In this document: positions 27,766-35,639 of the stretch, piece by piece
Layout of the letters: each line of letters starts with the position of its first letter
Numbering within the stretch: the first letter of the stretch is position 1
NCBI GenBank assembly: GCA_018819405.1
Contig: JAHJQF010000001.1
Span: 577,377 to 641,376 of the forward strand
Origin: Patescibacteria group bacterium
GTDB taxonomy: Bacteria > Patescibacteriota > Patescibacteriia > UBA1558 > GWA2-36-10
Direction of reading: 5' to 3'
DNA length: 64,000 bases
The notes under the pieces: generated by a model
The model's database searches: none
Told to the model about the DNA's origin: nothing
The model's input: only the letters and a program-made list of their open reading frames with translations
Position numbers and translations under genes: made by a program

Positions 27766-28755
27766 ATGCCAGATGAGTATCAGCACAAAGGTGTGCTAGC
27801 TAAAGAAGTCATAGATTATCTGGAGCCAAAAAGTAATCAGAATTTTGTAGATTGTACTTTAGGCGGAGGCGGACACAGCTTCATGATACTAGAAAAAATT
27901 GGGCCAAAGGGCAAATTGATAGCTTTTGAGCTAGATAGTAGAGCCATTAGAGCCAGTAAAGAAAGATTAAAAAAATTCAAAGACAGACTAATTATAGTAA
28001 ATAAGAATTTTGTTCATTTAGAAGAAGAAGTAAAAAAACACCAATTAGATATCTCAGGTATAGTACTTGACCTGGGGCTGTCATCTGATCAGTTGGATAA
28101 AGCGGATAGGGGATTCTCTTTTAAAGACCATGGACCACTGGACATGCGCTTTGACCCAACTGGTCAGGCTTTGACGGCATCTGATATTATCCTTAATTAT
28201 AATGAGGACCAACTTTTTAAAATATTCCGAGAGTATGGCGAAGTTTATCAGCCCAAAAGGCTGGCCAGGAACATTGTGACTTGGCGAAAAAACTTGGATA
28301 AACAAAAACAAAAAGCCATAAAAACTTCCATGCTTGTCGTCGCCATACTCCGGATATTGAATATAAGCTCCAAGTATAGCTCGGAGCAAAAACAAACTAA
28401 TTTACAAAAATATCGTATACATCCAGCTACTAAAATTTTTCAAGCTCTTCGCATTGCCGTTAATGATGAGTTGGGCAGTCTCCAAAAGACCTTACCTCAG
28501 GCCTTCTCAGTATTACAACCAGCTGGAAGATTAGCGGTCATTAGTTTTCACTCTTTGGAGGATAGAATAGTCAAAAATTACTTTAAAGATTTGGCCAGAG
28601 GCTGTATTTGTCCTCCGGAATCACCTATATGTAGATGCAATCAAAAACCACGGGTCAAGATAATTACCAAAAAGGGCATCAAGCCAAGCTCGGAGGAGAT
28701 AAAAGCTAATCCTCGTAGTCGTAGCGCTATACTAAGAGTAATAGAAAAAATTTGA
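27766..28755 (+). CDS. rsmH: 16S rRNA (cytosine1402-N4)-methyltransferase RsmH
   Basis: HKGVLAKEVIDYL...FVDCTLGGGGHS SAM-binding signature. Sits after mraZ. Confidence 0.9.
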   Translation: MPDEYQHKGVLAKEVIDYLEPKSNQNFVDCTLGGGGHSFMILEKIGPKGKLIAFELDSRAIRASKERLKKFKDRLIIVNKNFVHLEEEVKKHQLDISGIVLDLGLSSDQLDKADRGFSFKDHGPLDMRFDPTGQALTASDIILNYNEDQLFKIFREYGEVYQPKRLARNIVTWRKNLDKQKQKAIKTSMLVVAILRILNISSKYSSEQKQTNLQKYRIHPATKIFQALRIAVNDELGSLQKTLPQAFSVLQPAGRLAVISFHSLEDRIVKNYFKDLARGCICPPESPICRCNQKPRVKIITKKGIKPSSEEIKANPRSRSAILRVIEKI

Positions 28756-28855
28756 TATATAAAATAGCGATGAATCCCGTTAGAAATTCACAAAGTCATA
28801 ACGGGGATATATAAGTAAAATAATAAAAATAAATTTCACTATAATTTCTAACGGG

Positions 28856-29182
28856 ATGAAAACAAAAACAAAAACAAAAATAACGAACATTTGGCAGACT
28901 ATCAAAAAGATTAATGCCTTTACGGTAGTACTTTTGGTGGGTATGCTAATGACTATGCTGATTTCTACCAATTATGCCAATAGTCAGAATCTAGAAAGGA
29001 CAGATCTAAGTAAAGAAATCAAGGCTCTAGAAGATGAATTGAGGCTTTTAAATGCTTCAATCAGCGAGCTTCAGACAACCGGTAGAATTGAAGAAGAGAG
29101 TCAAAGGCTAAATTTGGTAAAGATACAGGCAGAGGACATTTATTACTTGGCCGCTAATGCTGATAGAGTGGCTTTGAAATAG
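28856..29182 (+). CDS. ftsL: cell division protein FtsL-like (single TM + coiled coil)
   Basis: TM VVLLVGMLMTMLIST then coiled coil LSKEIKALEDELRLLNASISELQ. Position between rsmH and ftsI. Confidence 0.55.
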   Translation: MKTKTKTKITNIWQTIKKINAFTVVLLVGMLMTMLISTNYANSQNLERTDLSKEIKALEDELRLLNASISELQTTGRIEEESQRLNLVKIQAEDIYYLAANADRVALK

Positions 29183-29200
29183 CTAATGCTCTGGTAAATT

Positions 29201-31015
29201 ATGAACATATTTAGATCTAAAAATCATCAGATCTCTGCTTTTAGAATAAATGCCCTAGAGTGGGCTATTTTTTTGTTGGTGGCTATTATTTCTGTCCGAT
29301 TGTTTTATGTCCAAATATTGCAAAATAAACAATATTTTCAGGCGGGCTTGGCTCAGCGTTCTATAATAAAAGATGTCAAACCAGAAAGAGGTAGAATTTT
29401 TGCTATTGCCAGTGAACAGGACGGAGATGAGTTTTATCCTTTGGCGGTCAATACTGTATATTATGAGATTAGTGTAGATCCTAGCAAAATAATCCGCCCA
29501 CAAAATGTAACAGACATTTTTGCTGAAGTATTGGAGTTAGATGATGAAGCCAAATCCAAAATACTAGGTAAGGTAAAAAAAGATAATAGATTTTATGAAT
29601 TAATTGCCAGAGAAGTACCTAGAGAAAAAGTAGATACTTTGAAAGAAAAATTTGAAGAACTTAGATTTGATATCAATAAAAGTAAAAATGAGGATGAGAA
29701 AATAGATAGTTTAGAAGAGCTGGGAGTAAATTTTATAAAAAATGTTTTGCGCTATTATCCAGACAAAGAATTGGGAGCCCATATTTTGGGATTTTTAGGT
29801 TATAATGATGATGGTTTGGAAAGAGTGGGAAAATATGGATTGGAAGCCTATTTTGAAAACGAACTAGCTGGTCTTACTGGACAGATAGTTGGTGAAACTG
29901 ACTTAGCTGGTAGGCTATTGGCGGAAAGTAGCGGTAAGGAGGTTGAAAATGGAGCTGATATTGTTTTGACTATAGATCGTACAGTTCAATATGCTGCTTG
30001 TAAATCTCTAGAAAAAGCAGTAGCTAGGTATGAAGCCAAATCAGGCACGGTCATTGTTATGGATACTAAAAGTGGTGCAATCAGGGCAATGTGTAATTAT
30101 CCTAGTTTTGACCCAAACAATTATAGTGATATAGATAACGGCCATGTTTTTAATAATCTAGCTGTTTATGATAGTTATGAACCTGGTTCGGTCATGAAAG
30201 CTGTTAGTATGTCCATTGCGATTGATCAGGGCAAAGTCACGCCAAATACTTTGTTTGAAGATGAGGGTGAAATAAAATTTGCGGGTGGTCAGATTATTAG
30301 AAATTCAGATCTCAAGGCTCACGGTGTGGTGGATATGAAAGATGTTTTGGCCTTGTCATTAAACACCGGTATTATATTTGCCACCAAAGACATCAACAAT
30401 AAGATATTTGAAGACTATATGAAAAAATTTGGTTTTGGTGAAAAAACCAGTTTGATGATTAGTCAGGACTCAGACGGCAATATTTCATCTTTGGCCAAAA
30501 GTGGTGATATATTTAAAGCTACGGCTTCTTATGGGCAAGGTATTACAGTCTCACCAATGCAGATGTTGAGTGCTATAAATGTCATAGCCAATCGTGGTAA
30601 TTTGGTAAAACCATATATTGTGTCTAAGATTATTTATCCAAATGGCAAAGAAAATATTTTTTCTCCCAAAATATTACGTCAGGTGATAGATACATCTACC
30701 GCTACCCAGCTGTCAGCTATGATGGTTAATGTAGTAGATAATGGTCATGCTACCAAAGCAGGAGTAAATGGCTATTACGTAGCTGGCAAAACCGGCACTG
30801 CTCAAGTGGCTAATCCGGATACCGGAAGGTATTATGCTGATAAATTTATTCATACTTTTGTTGGTTTTGCTCCCAATGATAATCCAAAATTTACTATGAT
30901 TACCAAGTTAGACTTTCCCAGTGCTGCTAATTTTGCAGCCGATACCACAGCCCCATTATTTGGTGAAATTGCCAAATTTCTGTTAGAATATTATCAAATA
31001 GCTCCAACTAGATAA
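29201..31015 (+). CDS. ftsI: penicillin-binding protein 2/3-type transpeptidase (FtsI-like)
   Basis: N-terminal TM. Transpeptidase motifs SVMK (SxxK), SLN (SxN), KTGTA (KTG). Confidence 0.85.
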   Translation: MNIFRSKNHQISAFRINALEWAIFLLVAIISVRLFYVQILQNKQYFQAGLAQRSIIKDVKPERGRIFAIASEQDGDEFYPLAVNTVYYEISVDPSKIIRPQNVTDIFAEVLELDDEAKSKILGKVKKDNRFYELIAREVPREKVDTLKEKFEELRFDINKSKNEDEKIDSLEELGVNFIKNVLRYYPDKELGAHILGFLGYNDDGLERVGKYGLEAYFENELAGLTGQIVGETDLAGRLLAESSGKEVENGADIVLTIDRTVQYAACKSLEKAVARYEAKSGTVIVMDTKSGAIRAMCNYPSFDPNNYSDIDNGHVFNNLAVYDSYEPGSVMKAVSMSIAIDQGKVTPNTLFEDEGEIKFAGGQIIRNSDLKAHGVVDMKDVLALSLNTGIIFATKDINNKIFEDYMKKFGFGEKTSLMISQDSDGNISSLAKSGDIFKATASYGQGITVSPMQMLSAINVIANRGNLVKPYIVSKIIYPNGKENIFSPKILRQVIDTSTATQLSAMMVNVVDNGHATKAGVNGYYVAGKTGTAQVANPDTGRYYADKFIHTFVGFAPNDNPKFTMITKLDFPSAANFAADTTAPLFGEIAKFLLEYYQIAPTR

Positions 31016-31025
31016 ATAATAGAGA

Positions 31026-32291
31026 ATGAAAAAAATATTATATTTTAAACTTAAAATTTTGGCCAAAATGGTACTGGCCAAATATAAACCAAAAATTATT
31101 GGTGTGACTGGATCAGTGGGCAAAACTTCCGCTAAAGAAGCAATTTTTTCGGTTTTAGATGGTCATTTTAATGTGCGCAGAAACGGCAAAAATTTTAACA
31201 ATGAGATAGGTACACCACTTACTATCTTTGGTTTTGACAAAAGTCCAGGTAAAAATCTTTTTTTATGGGTTTGGTATTTCTTTTTAGCTTTAAAATTAGT
31301 TTTGATAAAGGATAAAAAATATCCTCAAGTATTGATTTTGGAAATGGGAGCGGATAAACCAAGGGATATAACTTATCTTACTTCTATTGCCCGGCCATCA
31401 ATTGGTGTGATTACAGCCATTGGCCCAAGTCATTTAGAAAAATTTAAAAGTATAAAAAATATTATTCATGAAAAGAGTCAGATTCTTAAAGGTTTGGGGG
31501 AAGATTCATGGGCTATTTTAAATAATGATGACTCAAATCTAAAAGCAGTTATTTCAAGCTGCAAGACTCAGTTAAAGACTTTTGGTATGAAAGAAGGGGC
31601 GGATGTCAGATTGTCTGATGTCAAAATTACCAAAAAAGGGGATGAGTATGGTACAGTTTTTAAGCTAGCTCATCAAGGTTCGGAAGTGCCGATGTTTTTG
31701 CCCGATGTTTTGGGTTGGCAGCACGCTCAAGCCTCAGCAATCGGAGCAGCCGTTGGTTTATCAATGGGGCTCAATCTGGTAGAAATTGGTAAACGTCTTC
31801 TAGATTATCGTCCGGCCAGAGGTAGAACAAATTTGATAAAGGGTGTAAAAAATACTTGGATAATAGATGATACATATAATGCCTCGCCACAATCTTCTAA
31901 AGTAGCGTTAGATATTTTGGCTGAAATGCCAATTGCTGGCCGTAAAATTGCTGTATTTGGAGATATGTTAGAATTAGGAGCTTTGTCTGAACAGGGGCAT
32001 CAGGAAGTAGGGCGGGAGCTTGTCCGATTAGGAATTGATTATCTTTTTGTAATAGGGGAGAGGTCAAGAGATATTGCTCGTGGTGCTAGACAAGCTGGTA
32101 TGGAAGAAGATAAAATATATCATTTCCCCTATACTATGGAGGCAGGTGTATTTTTGCAGGAAAGATTGCAGGAAAATGATGTGGTATTAATAAAAGGCTC
32201 ACGTGGTTCAAAAATGGAGCAAGTGGTTTATGAAATTATGGCCAGACCATGGCTAGCAGGCGAACTTTTGGTTGCCAAAGTAATTAAGTAA
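31026..32291 (+). CDS. murF: UDP-N-acetylmuramoyl-tripeptide--D-alanyl-D-alanine ligase (MurF-like Mur ligase)
   Basis: P-loop IIGVTGSVGKTS. MurF-like DDTYNASPQSSKVALDILAEMP...GRKIAVFGDMLELG. 421 aa with a short N-terminal domain. Confidence 0.7.
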   Translation: MKKILYFKLKILAKMVLAKYKPKIIGVTGSVGKTSAKEAIFSVLDGHFNVRRNGKNFNNEIGTPLTIFGFDKSPGKNLFLWVWYFFLALKLVLIKDKKYPQVLILEMGADKPRDITYLTSIARPSIGVITAIGPSHLEKFKSIKNIIHEKSQILKGLGEDSWAILNNDDSNLKAVISSCKTQLKTFGMKEGADVRLSDVKITKKGDEYGTVFKLAHQGSEVPMFLPDVLGWQHAQASAIGAAVGLSMGLNLVEIGKRLLDYRPARGRTNLIKGVKNTWIIDDTYNASPQSSKVALDILAEMPIAGRKIAVFGDMLELGALSEQGHQEVGRELVRLGIDYLFVIGERSRDIARGARQAGMEEDKIYHFPYTMEAGVFLQERLQENDVVLIKGSRGSKMEQVVYEIMARPWLAGELLVAKVIK

Positions 32292-32294
32292 ACT

Positions 32295-32323
32295 TGACTA
32301 GTTTGTTTATTTTTGTTAAAAAT
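32295..32323 (+). promoter_or_regulatory. candidate promoter for the tRNA-Glu/tRNA-Val transcript
   Basis: TTGACT, then a 17-18 nt spacer, then TAAAAAT. Confidence 0.35.
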
Positions 32324-32366
32324 AGTTTCGTCTATAGCCCATTGTCTAGCGGCTAGGACATTACCA

Positions 32367-32441
32367 GGCCCCATCGTCTAGCGGCTAGGACATCAGGTTC
32401 TCATCCTGACAACCGGAGTTCGATTCTCCGTGGGGTCACCA
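32367..32441 (+). tRNA. tRNA-Glu (anticodon CTC), CCA encoded
   Basis: Cloverleaf by eye: acceptor GGCCCCA/TGGGGTC, D-arm GTC-TAGCGGCTAG-GAC, anticodon loop TTCTCAT, T-arm CGGAG-TTCGATT-CTCCG. Confidence 0.8.
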
Positions 32442-32630
32442 TTCGATTCCGTTCTGCTTTGCAGAACTCCACTCATGGTCTCCGATCAGAAAAACAAATT
32501 AAATAACTTATATTGAATGTCCTGAGCGAAGTCGAAGGGCAGCTCATATATGCGGTCGCATGACTTCCTTTGACTAGACCCTCTCGATTCTACTCGAGGA
32601 CTTCGTTCGGGACAGGCAGCTAGTTAGCGG

Positions 32631-32707
32631 GGGCATGTAGCTCAGTTGGTTAGAGCACTACATTCACATTGTAGGGGTCGAAGGTTCGAGTCCCTCCATG
32701 CCCACCA
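32631..32707 (+). tRNA. tRNA-Val (anticodon CAC), CCA encoded
   Basis: Acceptor GGGCATG/CATGCCC, D-arm GCTC-AGTTGGTTA-GAGC, anticodon stem CTACA/TGTAG with loop TTCACAT, T-loop TTCGAGT with one A-C mismatch in the T-stem. Confidence 0.7.
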
Positions 32708-32756
32708 TTTTACTCTATTTAGCTTTATAAATTTTTATTATTATATGCTTATGTTA

Positions 32757-32787
32757 GAAAACAACTTGCTCAAGTTGTTTTTGTTAA
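32757..32787 (+). terminator. intrinsic terminator after the tRNA pair
   Basis: AACAACTTGCTCAAGTTGTTTTTGTT. Confidence 0.55.
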
Positions 32788-32900
32788 ATTTGAGATATTA
32801 GCTATGCCTTGATAATATATTAGTAGAATAAAAATAATCAAAATATTTAATAATATAATTGTCCAAATAGATATTTTTTTGTTATAATTATAATACTAAT

Positions 32901-33488
32901 ATGAAATTATATAATTTTCATAAACTACTTATAGCTTCTTATGGTATTGCTACTTTTTCAGAAGGAGTATTAATGCCTATTTATGCTATATTTGTGCAAA
33001 GGATAGGTGGAGATATTTTAGAAGCTTCGGGCGCAATTTCTATATTTTTATTTGTTTCTGGGTTAACAACTATTTTAATTCATCGTTCAGATTGGGGCCA
33101 AAAACATCGTATCAAACTCATGGTATATGGTTGGTTGTTGTGGGTTATTGGCATAGGGGGATATTTTTTTATTTCTAATATTTATACATTGTTTGGAATC
33201 CAGATTGTGGTGGCTCTTGGAAATGCCATAGCTAATCCAGCCTTTGATGCTGAGTTAGATGATAGTATTAATAGAAAAAGTAAGTCCTATTCTTGGGGAA
33301 TTTTTGAAGGTATACAAGACATAGCTAATAGCATAGCCGCTATTTTGGGTGGTATTATAGCGAGTTTTTTTGGCTTTCGTGTTTTGATAGCTTTTATGTT
33401 TATTACAGCCGTTGTTTCTTTTTTTATAATTTTATATTATGTAAAGATAAAGAATGAAAGTTGGTTAAATAAAATATTTTTCAAATAA
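32901..33488 (+). CDS. hypothetical polytopic membrane protein (about 6 TM; MFS-half-like)
   Basis: Multiple hydrophobic helices. No diagnostic motif. Confidence 0.35.
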   Translation: MKLYNFHKLLIASYGIATFSEGVLMPIYAIFVQRIGGDILEASGAISIFLFVSGLTTILIHRSDWGQKHRIKLMVYGWLLWVIGIGGYFFISNIYTLFGIQIVVALGNAIANPAFDAELDDSINRKSKSYSWGIFEGIQDIANSIAAILGGIIASFFGFRVLIAFMFITAVVSFFIILYYVKIKNESWLNKIFFK

Positions 33489-33577
33489 TTTTTTATATAT
33501 TTTGTTGGGTTTGTTGTTGATGGAATTCCAGGTATAGGAGCTAGCCAGGTTTTTATAAAAGCCTGTTTTTTTGTAGC

Positions 33578-33618
33578 CAAAAAGAAAACCGCCGCGCGTT
33601 GCATGCAACGCGCGGCGG
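33578..33618 (-). terminator. intrinsic terminator of the GC-rich lipoprotein gene (perfect 30-bp palindrome + T-tract on minus strand)
   Basis: CCGCCGCGCGTTGCATGCAACGCGCGGCGG. On the minus strand it is followed by TTTTCTTTTT. Confidence 0.65.
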
Positions 33619-33635
33619 AAACAACAGACATAGGG

Positions 33636-34061
33636 CTAGTGCCCTTCCTTGTTCCAGTACTTGGTGTAGGCCCAGTCGAGGCGTTCGATCTTGGGGTTGG
33701 AAATGTCCTGGACTATCGTCGGTACACCGACGCGGATACGAACGAGCTCGCGGAGCTGTTCGCCGGTGTCGGGGTCGACACCGCCGTTGAGGTACAGGGT
33801 CGCTTTCTGCCGGATGAGCTCGTTGACCGAGCTTGCGGTCACGATGTCTTCGACGAAGTTGGGCTTGTCACCCTGGGGTTTGAAGTGGAAGACCACATGG
33901 CGCAGGTCCTTGAGCTCCGTCTTGGGGGGCTCGGGAACCTCCGAGTAGGGGTTGTCCTTGAGTTTGATGGTCACCTTCTCGGGCTTGGTGATGTCGCTCT
34001 TGGAGCAACCCACGGTCGAGATGGCAACCAGCAGGAGGAGGATGGTGGCGAACAGTTTCAT
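33636..34061 (-). CDS. GC-rich foreign-looking lipoprotein, hypothetical
   Basis: Lipobox-like signal LLLLVAISTVGC-SKS. Canonical SD GAAAGGA 8 nt upstream. GC-rich with an overlapping spurious plus-strand ORF. Confidence 0.5.
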   Translation of the reverse strand: MKLFATILLLLVAISTVGCSKSDITKPEKVTIKLKDNPYSEVPEPPKTELKDLRHVVFHFKPQGDKPNFVEDIVTASSVNELIRQKATLYLNGGVDPDTGEQLRELVRIRVGVPTIVQDISNPKIERLDWAYTKYWNKEGH

Positions 34062-34224
34062 GACGCGTCCTTTCGTCGGGTGTCAGTGACTTGACTAGCG
34101 AATTGTCTGTATATGTGAGTGCTTTTTGAGCACTTCTTTGGAAACGAACTTGCTTTGAGCAATCATATAATTATAGCATCTTTTATCTTTTTTGTCAATT
34201 TTATAGACTTAGACCCAATAATAG

Positions 34225-34253
34225 TTGACAATTATACTAATTATTGCTATTAT
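34225..34253 (+). promoter_or_regulatory. near-consensus promoter (TTGACA-17-TATTAT) for rplU
   Basis: TTGACA at 34225-34230, a 17-nt spacer, then TATTAT at 34248-34253. Confidence 0.5.
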
Positions 34254-34281
34254 CTTATTGTTTTAAAATTATGTCAGTATT

Positions 34282-34596
34282 ATGAAAGCAATAATAAAAA
34301 CAGGTGGAAAACAATATTTAGTAGCCAAAGGAGATGTCCTTAAGATTGAAAAATTACCCAACGCCGAAGTCGGTAAACCAGTAGTTTTTGATCAAATTTT
34401 AGCTTTAGTTGATAAAGATCAGATTACTTTGGGAAAGCCAATGATAGCCAAAGCTAAGGTAGAAGCTACACTGCTCAAAAATCTCAAAGATAAAAAAGTA
34501 GATGTTACTAAATATAAAAATAAGACCAGATACAAAAGAGTAATTGGTCATCGCCACCAAAGAAGCGAAGTCAAGATTGATAATATAGTAGTTTAA
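34282..34596 (+). CDS. rplU: 50S ribosomal protein L21
   Basis: MKAIIKTGGKQYLVAKGDVLKIEKL N-terminus typical of bL21. Confidence 0.9.
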   Translation: MKAIIKTGGKQYLVAKGDVLKIEKLPNAEVGKPVVFDQILALVDKDQITLGKPMIAKAKVEATLLKNLKDKKVDVTKYKNKTRYKRVIGHRHQRSEVKIDNIVV

Positions 34597-34627
34597 TAAA
34601 AACCCCGCGCTCGCGGGGTTTTTTGTT
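34596..34627. terminator. bidirectional intrinsic terminator (rplU + / recR -)
   Basis: A-tract, then CCCCGCGCTCGCGGGG, then T-tract. Confidence 0.65.
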
Positions 34628-35223
34628 TAGATATTTTTTCTATTTTTTAGAGCCGAGGATAGAGTCACTTCATCGGTATATTCTATATTAGCACCCATTG
34701 GTATGCCTCGGGCCAGCTGGCTGATAGTGACAGGGTGGTCAGTCAATAATCGGGACAAATATATAGTTGTAGCTTCTCCTTCCATACTTTGATCAAGTGC
34801 TAGGATTATCTCTTTGACGCTATTTTTTTTAATACGATCCAAAAGCTCCTTTATTTTTATTTTTTCAGGAGTAATACCTTCTAAAGGACTTAATAATCCG
34901 TTTAGTAAATGATATACTCCAGGGAATTCTCCGGTTTTTTCTATAGCTTCGAGATCTTGATTACCACCCACCACACAGATAAGAGTTTTGTCTCTTTGGG
35001 GATTGGCACAAATATTACACAAGCCGTCATCAGTCAGATTTTGGCACTCGGGGCATAAATTTATATTTTGATAAGCCTGATATAAGGCATCAGCCATTTC
35101 TTTGATATCATCTTTTCTATGGAGTAGATTAAAAACTAACCTGGTGGAAGTTTTTGGTCCAATACCAGGCAGTTTGTCAAATTCAGCAATAAGCTTTTGG
35201 ATAAAATCGGGCAAATGTTGCAT
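34627..35223 (-). CDS. recR: recombination protein RecR
   Basis: LPGIGPKTSTRL HhH, C4 zinc finger CPECQNL...CNICANP, Toprim region VICVVGG. Confidence 0.9.
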   Translation of the reverse strand: MQHLPDFIQKLIAEFDKLPGIGPKTSTRLVFNLLHRKDDIKEMADALYQAYQNINLCPECQNLTDDGLCNICANPQRDKTLICVVGGNQDLEAIEKTGEFPGVYHLLNGLLSPLEGITPEKIKIKELLDRIKKNSVKEIILALDQSMEGEATTIYLSRLLTDHPVTISQLARGIPMGANIEYTDEVTLSSALKNRKNI

Positions 35224-35227
35224 GAAA

Positions 35228-35518
35228 TTATTTTAATAGGCTGTCTAGGCCACCCATTTCTTGCATTTTCATAGCCATTTTTCTTTGGACTTTTTTGATA
35301 GCATCGGAGATGGCATTGATAATTTCTTTTTCCAGCTCTGATTTTTTATCTTTACTTAGATACTCTTCTTTGATATCCAAAGATTTAATATCCTGATTAC
35401 CATCCATGGTTAATTTTACAGCGCGATTTTCCACTTCGACTGTTTCTTGAGCCATGGCACTTTTTAGAGTGCTAGCCTGTTTTCTTAGGTCGTTGTATTG
35501 TTTTAGTTTGTTAAACAT
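35228..35518 (-). CDS. ybaB: nucleoid-associated protein YbaB/EbfC
   Basis: 96 aa; KQASTLKSAMAQETVE...KLTMDGNQDIKSLDIKEEYL...MAMKMQEMGG pattern of the YbaB family, adjacent to recR as usual. Confidence 0.8.
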   Translation of the reverse strand: MFNKLKQYNDLRKQASTLKSAMAQETVEVENRAVKLTMDGNQDIKSLDIKEEYLSKDKKSELEKEIINAISDAIKKVQRKMAMKMQEMGGLDSLLK

Positions 35519-35639
35519 GAATTTAATTTTAATATTAAAATTTTATTTATTTTTTTATTCCCGACTAGTTCGGGAATCTAGCAAATTTTGCTGGATTTCC
35601 GGAGCAAGTCCGAAAATGACAAATAGTCTTTATAATTAA

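Noticed and set aside
33599-34094. Plus-strand ORFs 33599..33790, 33603..34094, 33691..33948 opposite the lipoprotein gene
   Set aside because: Spurious GC-rich frames. 33603..34094 begins inside the palindromic terminator.
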